Assembly (NCBI GenBank): GCA_021454005.1
Contig: GCA_021454005.1_3939.2
Source: a phage
Strand: one strand, 5' to 3'
DNA: 28,204 nt
Positions 16,204 through 21,652 of this stretch are shown piece by piece. Each line of letters opens with the position of its first letter. The stretch's first letter is position 1. The translations under genes were made by a program, and so were the position numbers. The notes beneath the pieces were generated by a model. It was not told the origin of the DNA. It saw only the letters and a list, made by a program, of their open reading frames with translations, and searched no databases.

Positions 16204-17619
16204 ATGAGCGAATTATTTAAACATGCGCACCTTCATGCAGGTCGAACTGAAAATGGTGCTGTAAACCATACTTCATCAATGTCTGCTCTTGTAGACTTTT
16301 ACAAAGCTGCTGGTTCAAGCCGTAGCAACGTAGAAATCTTACCAGACCTGTTCTACAAAGCTTTGCGTGAGGATGTTGATGTTGCAGTTCGTATTTTGCT
16401 TCATATGCGAGATGTACGAGAAGGTATGGGTGAGCGTAAAGCCTTCAGAACTGTTTTACTTCAAGCGATTGAAGACAAAGTTTTAGAGCCTACGCAGGTT
16501 CTTCGCATTATGGATAAGATTGCAGAACTTGGTCGTTTTGATGACTTCAAAATCTTCGTAGGTACTCGTTTCGAGACAGATGCCTTCAAACATCTAGAAG
16601 CAGCATTACTAGACCCTGCAACAGCAGGTTTGGCGGCTAAGTGGTTACCACGAGTCAAACCACGTCATAAGCAGTTTGTAAAACGTTTCTGCAAGTTTGC
16701 CAACTTGAGTGAGAAAGAGTACCGCACACTGTTGTCTGCACTATCTGATACAGTTGAGCAAAAAATCTCTGCTAATGAGTTTGGTAAGATTGACTACAGT
16801 AAGATTCCTTCACTTGCTGCTGCACGTTACCAAAAACTGTTTAACCGCAAAGATGGAGAACGCTACAAAGCTTACATCGAGTCCTTATCAAAGGGTGAGG
16901 CTAAGATTAATGCTGGTGCTGTTTACCCATACGATGTAATTAAATCTGTTAAGCATGGTAATGCAGATGTTGCTAATGAGCAGTGGAAAGCACTACCAAA
17001 CTGGATGGCAGAGGGTGAAAACATCTTGTGTATGTCTGATGTTTCAAGCTCAATGTCTTGGGTGAATTTTGGTTCAATTACTGCTCTTGATATTGGTGTT
17101 TCACTTGCATTGTATGTAGCAGAACGTAATACAGGTTGCTTTAAGAATGAGTTGATGGTTTATTCAACAAACCCTCACTTCATCGAACTGAGTGGTGATT
17201 TACGAAACCGTCATCGTCAGGTGATGCGACACGTTGAATATGGCTCAACTAACTTACAAGCAGCTTTTGACCGTATTCTTGAAACAGGTAAAAGAAACAA
17301 CTTGACTCAGAAAGATATGCCAAGTAAGCTTATCATCTTCTCCGATATGGAGTTCAATCAGGTTGATGGAGCTAACGGTCGTACAAACTTTGAAGCAATT
17401 CGTAGTAAGTACAAAAAAGCTGGATACGAAATGCCTCAACTGGTATTCTGGTACTTAGCAAACCGTAATGGTACTTGCGAAGTATCTGTTAAGGATAACG
17501 GTGTGGCAATGGTATCTGGTTTTTCTCCAGCTACTTTAAAAGCTCTGCTTGGTGGTGAGAAGTTTGACCCAATCAGCGTAATGCTCAAAGCAGTAATGAT
17601 TGACCGTTATATCTGGTAA
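16204..17619 (+). CDS. vWA-domain protein (MIDAS motif D-x-S-x-S) with N-terminal region resembling DUF2828/TROVE-like proteins
   Basis: 471-aa ORF; DVSSSMS (MIDAS-like) at about residue 280 and downstream IIFSDMEF; N-terminal TENGA...SALVDFY...R..DVREGMGER pattern recalled from DUF2828-type proteins. Confidence 0.7.
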   Translation: MSELFKHAHLHAGRTENGAVNHTSSMSALVDFYKAAGSSRSNVEILPDLFYKALREDVDVAVRILLHMRDVREGMGERKAFRTVLLQAIEDKVLEPTQVLRIMDKIAELGRFDDFKIFVGTRFETDAFKHLEAALLDPATAGLAAKWLPRVKPRHKQFVKRFCKFANLSEKEYRTLLSALSDTVEQKISANEFGKIDYSKIPSLAAARYQKLFNRKDGERYKAYIESLSKGEAKINAGAVYPYDVIKSVKHGNADVANEQWKALPNWMAEGENILCMSDVSSSMSWVNFGSITALDIGVSLALYVAERNTGCFKNELMVYSTNPHFIELSGDLRNRHRQVMRHVEYGSTNLQAAFDRILETGKRNNLTQKDMPSKLIIFSDMEFNQVDGANGRTNFEAIRSKYKKAGYEMPQLVFWYLANRNGTCEVSVKDNGVAMVSGFSPATLKALLGGEKFDPISVMLKAVMIDRYIW

Positions 17620-17637
17620 AAAGTTTTAAAAAGGGTA

Positions 17638-17666
17638 TTGACAATGTGTTTGATACCCTTTAATAT
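17638..17666 (+). promoter_or_regulatory. strong sigma70-like promoter TTGACA-N17-TAATAT flanked by inverted repeat AAGGGTAT/ATACCCTT
   Basis: hexamers at 17638-17643 and 17661-17666. Confidence 0.65.
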
Positions 17667-17728
17667 GTTCTACATAGAAACGAAACGAGAGCTTTTCTAA
17701 GATACTGAAAAATATTTTAAAAAAGTTC

Positions 17729-17758
17729 TTGACAACCACTAAAAAATAATGTTAAAGT
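17729..17758 (+). promoter_or_regulatory. promoter TTGACA-N18-TAAAGT with inverted repeat AACCACT/AGTGGTT, 27 nt upstream of the first tRNA
   Basis: hexamers at 17729-17734 and 17753-17758. Confidence 0.55.
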
Positions 17759-17784
17759 GGTTACATAGAGTTTGAAAAGTTTAT

Positions 17785-17861
17785 CTCTGTTTAGCTCAGC
17801 TTGGTAGAGCGTTCCGTTTGGGGCGGTAAGGCCGGAGGTTCAAGTCCTCCAACAGAGACCA
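17785..17861 (+). tRNA. tRNA-Pro (anticodon TGG)
   Basis: hand-folded cloverleaf: acceptor CTCTGTT/AACAGAG, anticodon loop TTTGGGG, T arm GGAGG-TTCAAGT-CCTCC, CCA encoded. Confidence 0.7.
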
Positions 17862-17868
17862 AATTAAT

Positions 17869-17946
17869 GTTCCAGTAGACAAAATGGTAAAGTCACCACT
17901 CTTTCAAAGTGGATATCTGAGGGTTCAAATCCCTTCTGGAACGCCA
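17869..17946 (+). tRNA. tRNA-Glu (anticodon TTC)
   Basis: acceptor GTTCCAG/CTGGAAC, anticodon stem CCACT/AGTGG, loop CTTTCAA, T-loop TTCAAAT, CCA encoded. Confidence 0.75.
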
Positions 17947-17953
17947 GTTTTGA

Positions 17954-18025
17954 CAGAAGACCAATTACAGCAAGCTTAATCTACTCATCTGACACGAAAT
18001 CGGACAAAGAAGATATTTGGTCTGG
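17954..18025 (+). ncRNA. spacer element copy 1: CAGAAGACCAA..TACAGCAAG...TTGGTCTGG (terminal 7-bp stem AGACCAA/TTGGTCT)
   Basis: conserved ends and covarying stem shared with copies at 18120, 18507, 18594. Confidence 0.5.
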
Positions 18026-18036
18026 TCATTGAGAAT

Positions 18037-18113
18037 TGCGGGTATAGAGAAAGGGCGTCTCACATGTCTCATTAGCATGGTATCGGCAGGTTCGACTCCT
18101 GCACCCGCCTCCA
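18037..18113 (+). tRNA. tRNA-Met (anticodon CAT)
   Basis: acceptor (T)GCGGGT/ACCCGC(C) with one unpaired position, anticodon stem CATGT/GCATG, loop CTCATTA, T arm GCAGG-TTCGACT-CCTGC, CCA encoded. Confidence 0.6.
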
Positions 18114-18119
18114 ATTTTG

Positions 18120-18179
18120 CAGAAGACCGTATTCAGCAACAAAATACTTTTTGCGGATAAAAGAAAAAACACGGTCTGG
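18120..18179 (+). ncRNA. spacer element copy 2: CAGAAGACCGT..TTCAGCAAC...ACGGTCTGG (stem AGACCGT/ACGGTCT)
   Basis: same architecture as copy 1 with a compensatory change in the stem. Confidence 0.5.
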
Positions 18180-18190
18180 CAATGTATTAA

Positions 18191-18267
18191 GGTTAGGAAG
18201 CACATAAGGTATGTGCGGTCGCCTGTTAAGCGAATGGCACAGGGTTCGAATCCCTGACTAACCGCCA
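18191..18267 (+). tRNA. tRNA-Asn (anticodon GTT)
   Basis: acceptor GGTTAGG/ACTAACC (one mismatch at 7-66), D stem GCAC/GTGC, loop CTGTTAA, T arm CAGGG-TTCGAAT-CCCTG, CCA encoded. Confidence 0.65.
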
Positions 18268-18275
18268 AATTAAAT

Positions 18276-18363
18276 GTGTCGTTATCCCGTAGATGGTAGC
18301 GGTGGGGACTGTAAATCCCTTGTCATTGAGACTCGGTAGGTTCGACTCCTACACGGCACACCA
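18276..18363 (+). tRNA. tRNA-Tyr (anticodon GTA), long variable arm
   Basis: acceptor GTGTCGT/ACGGCAC, loop CTGTAAA, variable stem GTC-ATTGA-GAC, T arm GTAGG-TTCGACT-CCTAC, CCA encoded. Confidence 0.7.
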
Positions 18364-18368
18364 ATAAA

Positions 18369-18445
18369 GGCTATGTAGTTTAACTGGAGAAAATACTCCC
18401 CTGTCACGGGAGATGATGTGAGTTCAAGTCTCATCGTAGCCGCCA
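18369..18445 (+). tRNA. tRNA-Asp (anticodon GTC)
   Basis: acceptor GGCTATG/CGTAGCC, anticodon stem CTCCC/GGGAG, loop CTGTCAC, T-loop TTCAAGT, CCA encoded. Confidence 0.75.
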
Positions 18446-18506
18446 ATTTTGAGAGGGCTATTTAGCCCCTCCCTTAAAGAGTTCTTACGAGTATTCTTTA
18501 AAGGAG

Positions 18507-18580
18507 CAGAAGACCAAATACAGCAAGAATGTATGAAATTTCAAGCCAATTTAATTTTGAAAATTTAAAACTTGGTCTGG
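18507..18580 (+). ncRNA. spacer element copy 3: CAGAAGACCAA..TACAGCAAG...TTGGTCTGG
   Basis: same architecture; stem AGACCAA/TTGGTCT. Confidence 0.5.
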
Positions 18581-18593
18581 CTCAACAAATTTA

Positions 18594-18725
18594 CAGAAGA
18601 CCGTTTACAGCAAAACTTAAACAATCTATTTCTCCGGTAAAGAAAAGGCGAAGGTTCGATTCCTTCACTCGGCAGATGTCGAGTTGGTGTAATGGTAGCA
18701 CTTAAGATGATAAACAACGGTCTGG
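18594..18725 (+). ncRNA. spacer element copy 4 (long form) with terminal stem AGACCGTT/AACGGTCT, containing tRNA-half-like hairpins
   Basis: CAGAAGACCGTTTACAGCAAA at the 5' end and AACGGTCTGG at the 3' end; interior carries a T-arm-like hairpin, an acceptor-like hairpin and a D-arm-like hairpin. Confidence 0.45.
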
Positions 18726-18726
18726 T

Positions 18727-18870
18727 AATTATCTTTGTAGATAAGTTATTAAGCTTACATGTGAGTATGCGACCACAAAGGGTGAAAGGGTAAATTCTAG
18801 ATTTAAACCCAAAAAGGCACATCGCTACAGACCTTAAGCAAGTCTGGGTAGCTTATCTACAAAGATAATT
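18727..18870. repeat. 19-bp perfect inverted repeat (AATTATCTTTGTAGATAAG / CTTATCTACAAAGATAATT) flanking 106 nt
   Basis: arms at 18727-18745 and 18852-18870; could be a long-stem RNA or a miniature inverted-repeat element. Confidence 0.6.
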
Positions 18871-18874
18871 TAAT

Positions 18875-18950
18875 GGAAGTGTAGCAGAATGGTGATGCGG
18901 CAGACTTTTAATCTGACAGGCGATGGGTTCGAATCCCTCCACTTCTACCA
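18875..18950 (+). tRNA. tRNA-Lys (anticodon TTT)
   Basis: acceptor GGAAGTG/CACTTCT (G1.U72), loop CTTTTAA, T-loop TTCGAAT, CCA encoded; close paralog of the tRNA at 20101. Confidence 0.65.
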
Positions 18951-18954
18951 ATAT

Positions 18955-19031
18955 GGTTCAGTCGCAGATAAGGTAATGCAAGGGTCTCATAAGCCCTATG
19001 AATGTGGGTTCGATTCCCATCTGAACCTCCA
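18955..19031 (+). tRNA. tRNA with anticodon CAT (Met, initiator, or Ile2/lysidine type)
   Basis: acceptor GGTTCAG/CTGAACC, anticodon stem AGGGT/GCCCT (three G-C pairs), loop CTCATAA, T arm GTGGG-TTCGATT-CCCAT, CCA encoded. Confidence 0.65.
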
Positions 19032-19032
19032 A

Positions 19033-19108
19033 GCTGGTATAGTTAAGAAGGTTATAACACTCCCCTGATAAGGGAACATCGGTGGTTCGATTCCACCTAC
19101 CAGTACCA
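19033..19108 (+). tRNA. tRNA-Ile (anticodon GAT)
   Basis: acceptor GCTGGTA/TACCAGT, D stem GTTA/TAAC, loop CTGATAA, T arm GGTGG-TTCGATT-CCACC, CCA encoded. Confidence 0.7.
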
Positions 19109-19123
19109 ATTTCAATAAAGTTG

Positions 19124-19152
19124 TTGACATTGAGATGTGACTACTTTATAGT
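19124..19152 (+). promoter_or_regulatory. sigma70-like promoter TTGACA-N17-TATAGT inside the tRNA array
   Basis: hexamers at 19124-19129 and 19147-19152; about 200 nt of unassigned sequence follows before the next tRNA. Confidence 0.6.
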
Positions 19153-19355
19153 AACCTTAGTTTTCGTTGCGTAGCGTCTATTTTGCAAATTTAAAATAAA
19201 TGCAAACGACAATGTTTTTCTGGCAGTAGCTTGATAGGCTAAACACCAGTGAGGTCTTCCAATCCCTCATCAAAGAATTTGGCGTACTAGCCCACGGTAT
19301 GATTAATAAGGTGGGCATCTTTAAGGGCTTTCTAAGAGAGTCTTTAAAGATTAAT

Positions 19356-19432
19356 GCACCCTTAGTTCAATTGGATAGAGCAACGGTCTTCTAAATCGTT
19401 AGTTACAGGTTCGAATCCTGTAGGGTGTGCCA
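19356..19432 (+). tRNA. tRNA-Arg (anticodon TCT)
   Basis: acceptor GCACCCT/AGGGTGT, D arm GTTC-AATTGGATA-GAGC, anticodon stem ACGGT/ATCGT, loop CTTCTAA, T arm ACAGG-TTCGAAT-CCTGT, CCA encoded. Confidence 0.75.
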
Positions 19433-19450
19433 ATTAGTTAGCAGATTACT

Positions 19451-19490
19451 TAGACGACCTAAGCGGGTCTTCCTGTAGGGAGGTGGTCTG
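19451..19490 (+). ncRNA. possible degenerate fifth copy of the AGACC...GGTCTG spacer element
   Basis: TAGACGACC...GGTGGTCTG with 6 of 7 stem positions pairing; weaker match. Confidence 0.25.
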
Positions 19491-19574
19491 TATCTCATGT
19501 TTTCCAGAACATGTAAATAATCTGAGAAGGGGCTTTACAGTGTTGAGATAATACGGTAAGCTTCGAATTACAGT

Positions 19575-19657
19575 ATGGGACGATGTTAAGACTCTAAGGC
19601 ATGAGCAACGGCCTCCAAAACCGTTTCAAAGGGGTTCAACTCCTCCGTCCCATGCCA
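19575..19657 (+). tRNA. tRNA-Trp (anticodon CCA), atypical (about 7 extra nt between acceptor stem and D arm)
   Basis: acceptor ATGGGAC/GTCCCAT (7 of 7), anticodon stem ACGGC/ACCGT with loop CTCCAAA, T arm AGGGG-TTCAACT-CCTCC, CCA encoded; D region does not fold canonically by hand. Confidence 0.5.
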
Positions 19658-19670
19658 AAGTCTTATTAGG

Positions 19671-19758
19671 GGTAGGTAGCGGCTAATGGTAGCCAAACTG
19701 TCTTGAAAACAGTTGCCACTGTAGAGATACGGTGAGGGTTCGACTCCTTTACTTACCG
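19671..19758 (+). tRNA. tRNA-Ser (anticodon TGA), long variable arm
   Basis: acceptor GGTAGGT/ACTTACC, anticodon stem ACTGT/ACAGT, loop CTTGAAA, long variable arm, T-loop TTCGACT; CCA not fully encoded. Confidence 0.7.
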
Positions 19759-19914
19759 CCTAATAAGATTTACACCGTCCATGCTTGCTCGCATTTTCGG
19801 TTTATCCCTCGTGTATTGTCGTACACTGATAAAGCACCTAGTAGGTGTCACGGAGAAGAGATAATATCAAGCTCTCCAAAGGTTCTAGTCACCGGATTAA
19901 ACAAGACTATGCAA

Positions 19915-19935
19915 AGACCTATTTAGGTCTTTTTA
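19915..19935 (+). terminator. intrinsic terminator AGACCT-ATTT-AGGTCT-TTTTT within the tRNA array
   Basis: perfect 6-bp inverted repeat plus T5. Confidence 0.6.
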
Positions 19936-20014
19936 GAGGGCTTCTAAGGTTATTAGTCGCTTGTTGTGGAACCTTGTTGCTCAGGTTCTTAGAAGTTCTC
20001 TAAAAAGATTTAAT

Positions 20015-20093
20015 GGGAGATTGACGGCAACTTGGTAGACCTATCTCGCTTAGAACGAGATGCTTGAGGGTTCGAATCCCTTGTCTCCTACCA
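20015..20093 (+). tRNA. tRNA with anticodon TAG (Leu by the standard code) but a short variable arm
   Basis: acceptor GGGAGAT/GTCTCCT, anticodon stem (A)TCTCG/CGAGA(T), loop CTTAGAA, variable region about 4 nt, T arm GAGGG-TTCGAAT-CCCTT, A73, CCA encoded. Confidence 0.55.
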
Positions 20094-20100
20094 AATTAAT

Positions 20101-20176
20101 GCAGGTGTAGCAAAATGGTTATGCGGCTGACTCTTAATCAGTAAGACGATGGGTTCAATTCCCTCCACCTGTACCA
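20101..20176 (+). tRNA. tRNA-Lys (anticodon CTT)
   Basis: acceptor GCAGGTG/CACCTGT, anticodon stem GCTGA/TCAGT, loop CTCTTAA, T-loop TTCAATT, CCA encoded. Confidence 0.65.
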
Positions 20177-20182
20177 GACATT

Positions 20183-20258
20183 GGGGATGTAGTTTACATG
20201 GTTAAAACATAAGTTTTGCAAACTTAAGTACAGGGTTCAATTCCCTGCTTCTCCACCA
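20183..20258 (+). tRNA. tRNA-Ala (anticodon TGC)
   Basis: acceptor GGGGATG/CTTCTCC with a G3.U70 pair (Ala identity element), D stem GTTT/AAAC, anticodon stem TAAGT/ACTTA, loop TTTGCAA, CCA encoded. Confidence 0.75.
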
Positions 20259-20264
20259 ATTAGT

Positions 20265-20339
20265 GCATCCATAGTTTAAACGGGAAAATTACAGTCTTCC
20301 AAACTGAGGTTGAGGGTTCGATTCCCTCTGGATGCTCCA
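20265..20339 (+). tRNA. tRNA-Gly (anticodon TCC)
   Basis: acceptor GCATCCA/TGGATGC, loop CTTCCAA, T arm GAGGG-TTCGATT-CCCTC, CCA encoded. Confidence 0.7.
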
Positions 20340-20346
20340 AATTAAT

Positions 20347-20422
20347 GCTCCTATCGTATAATTGGCTATTACGGTTGCCTTGTAAGCAACTTATCAGGGT
20401 TCGAATCCTTGTGGGAGCACCA
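20347..20422 (+). tRNA. tRNA-Thr (anticodon TGT)
   Basis: acceptor GCTCCTA/TGGGAGC, anticodon stem GTTGC/GCAAC, loop CTTGTAA, T-loop TTCGAAT, CCA encoded. Confidence 0.75.
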
Positions 20423-20517
20423 ATTCAGAGGTCAAGTGAAAGACCGCTGGTGTCAACTGAAGACCGTAACAAATTCCACGGAGTTGAGTTAGCGGCACAA
20501 CTTCAGACCTCTTTCAT

Positions 20518-20592
20518 GCTCGCTTAGTTTATATGGTAAAACATCACCCTTACAAGATGAAGAAAAAGGTTCAAGTCCTTTAGTGAGTACCA
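20518..20592 (+). tRNA. tRNA-Val (anticodon TAC)
   Basis: acceptor GCTCGCT/AGTGAGT (two G.U pairs), D stem GTTT/AAAC, loop CTTACAA, T arm AAAGG-TTCAAGT-CCTTT, CCA encoded. Confidence 0.65.
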
Positions 20593-20593
20593 T

Positions 20594-20671
20594 GTTCCAG
20601 TATCCCAATTGGCAGAGGATGCAAGCTCAAACCTTGTATTAGTGACGGTTCGAATCCGTCTTGGAACACCA
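20594..20671 (+). tRNA. tRNA with anticodon CAA (Leu by the standard code) but a short variable arm
   Basis: acceptor GTTCCAG/TTGGAAC, D arm ATCC-CAATTGGCAGA-GGAT, anticodon stem GCAAG/CTTGT, loop CTCAAAC, variable region about 6 nt, T arm GACGG-TTCGAAT-CCGTC, A73, CCA encoded. Confidence 0.55.
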
Positions 20672-20676
20672 ATTTT

Positions 20677-20752
20677 GCAGGATTAGTTCAAATGGATAGA
20701 GCAACAGTCTACGAAGCTGTTAATAGGGGTTCGAATCCCTTATCCTGCGCCA
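20677..20752 (+). tRNA. tRNA-Arg (anticodon ACG)
   Basis: acceptor GCAGGAT/ATCCTGC (7 of 7), D arm GTTC-AAATGGATA-GAGC, anticodon stem ACAGT/GCTGT, loop CTACGAA, CCA encoded. Confidence 0.8.
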
Positions 20753-20769
20753 GATAAAAAGGTGATACT

Positions 20770-21012
20770 ATGCAAACATTAACAGTAGTTGAACATGAAA
20801 ACTGTGAGAATATTGAGTTTGTCAGGGTCATTGGTGTTGAACACCACATTTTCTTAAAAGTAGGGTACTTATGTGACCCCGCTAGAGTAGAAAGATTTAT
20901 ACGTGATTGTTTTGGTGGTAGACAGCTAAAGAGTGTTATTTTTGAGACAGTTTTACCAGAAGGTTTAGAAACGAATAATAACATTTATCTCCTTACAAGG
21001 ATTAGACGATGA
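20770..21012 (+). CDS. hypothetical protein (80 aa) embedded in the tRNA array
   Basis: AAGGTGA 5 nt upstream of ATG; stop overlaps the next start (ATGA). Confidence 0.55.
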   Translation: MQTLTVVEHENCENIEFVRVIGVEHHIFLKVGYLCDPARVERFIRDCFGGRQLKSVIFETVLPEGLETNNNIYLLTRIRR

Positions 21013-21566
21013 GATATTTAAAATATGCTTCATGGATTTTCCTAGCTTTGCTAGAACCATTAGCAGCAACCTTAGCAGTTATCTTAGCACCTTTCGTAGT
21101 TCCATTTTACAGTGAGAAGAAAGGCCACTTACCTTTCGGATTTAGATGGATGGAGACATATGACAACCCAATTGATGGTGACGAAGGTCATATCGAACGA
21201 TGGGCTAAGATTAGAAAGATTGGTAAGCTGGGTGTCTACATGCAGAGAGTCGGATGGCTCTGGAGAAACAAAGCTTATAACTTCTCTTACCATGTATTAG
21301 GAAGAGATGTAAAAGATGTTACTAAGTGGAAAGGTAATATCAACGTAAGTTCTGACCCTGAAGATAATCAGACAGGTTATCTCCTAATGTGGAACAGTAA
21401 TGCTTGGGGATTATTCGCTTTTATCCCATCAATTAAAGTCTTTGGTAAACAGTTTTACTGGAGAATTTATATTGGATGGAAACTAAAAAGTGTTGTCCCA
21501 GAAGAAAGAGCATTCTCAAGGGAAAGAGTTATGTTGGCATTCTTTATTCATCCACTGAGAAAGTAA
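21009..21566 (+). CDS. hypothetical membrane protein (185 aa, N-terminal TM segment)
   Basis: translationally coupled to the upstream ORF; N-terminus WIFLALLEPLAATLAVILAPFVVPF is hydrophobic. Confidence 0.6.
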   Translation: MRYLKYASWIFLALLEPLAATLAVILAPFVVPFYSEKKGHLPFGFRWMETYDNPIDGDEGHIERWAKIRKIGKLGVYMQRVGWLWRNKAYNFSYHVLGRDVKDVTKWKGNINVSSDPEDNQTGYLLMWNSNAWGLFAFIPSIKVFGKQFYWRIYIGWKLKSVVPEERAFSRERVMLAFFIHPLRK

Positions 21567-21574
21567 AGATTTAA

Positions 21575-21650
21575 AGGGGATTAGTTTACAAGGTTAAAAC
21601 CTCGGTCTTTGAAATCGAAGAAGTTGGTTCAATTCCAACATCCCCCGCCA
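21575..21650 (+). tRNA. tRNA-Gln (anticodon TTG)
   Basis: acceptor AGGGGAT/ATCCCCC (position 1-72 unpaired A.C), D stem GTTT/AAAC, anticodon stem TCGGT/ATCGA, loop CTTTGAA, T arm GTTGG-TTCAATT-CCAAC, CCA encoded. Confidence 0.65.
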
Positions 21651-21652
21651 AT

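Noticed and set aside
18026-18822. Minus-strand ORFs 18026-18268 (80 aa) and 18565-18822 (85 aa) from the six-frame track
   Set aside because: They run antisense through tRNA genes and structured spacers, have no SD, and have Cys/Arg-rich low-complexity translations typical of spurious frames.
18594-18870. A group I intron or homing-endonuclease insertion in the tRNA array
   Set aside because: The interval is only about 280 nt, has no ORF, and I see no conserved group I core elements; it is reported as an unexplained structured spacer instead.
19597-19630. A 9-nt anticodon loop (CCTCCAAAA) for the tRNA-Trp candidate
   Set aside because: A 5-bp stem ACGGC/ACCGT with one C.A apposition and a standard 7-nt loop CTCCAAA is the more conventional fold; the real anomaly is in the D region.
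19732-20527. Plus-strand ORFs 19732-19926 (64 aa) and 20345-20527 (60 aa)
   Set aside because: Their starts lie inside tRNA-Ser and tRNA-Thr respectively; no SD; one ends at an intrinsic terminator hairpin.
20709-20984. Minus-strand ORF 20709-20984 (91 aa)
   Set aside because: Antisense to tRNA-Arg and to the 80-aa plus-strand ORF that has a good SD; no SD of its own.
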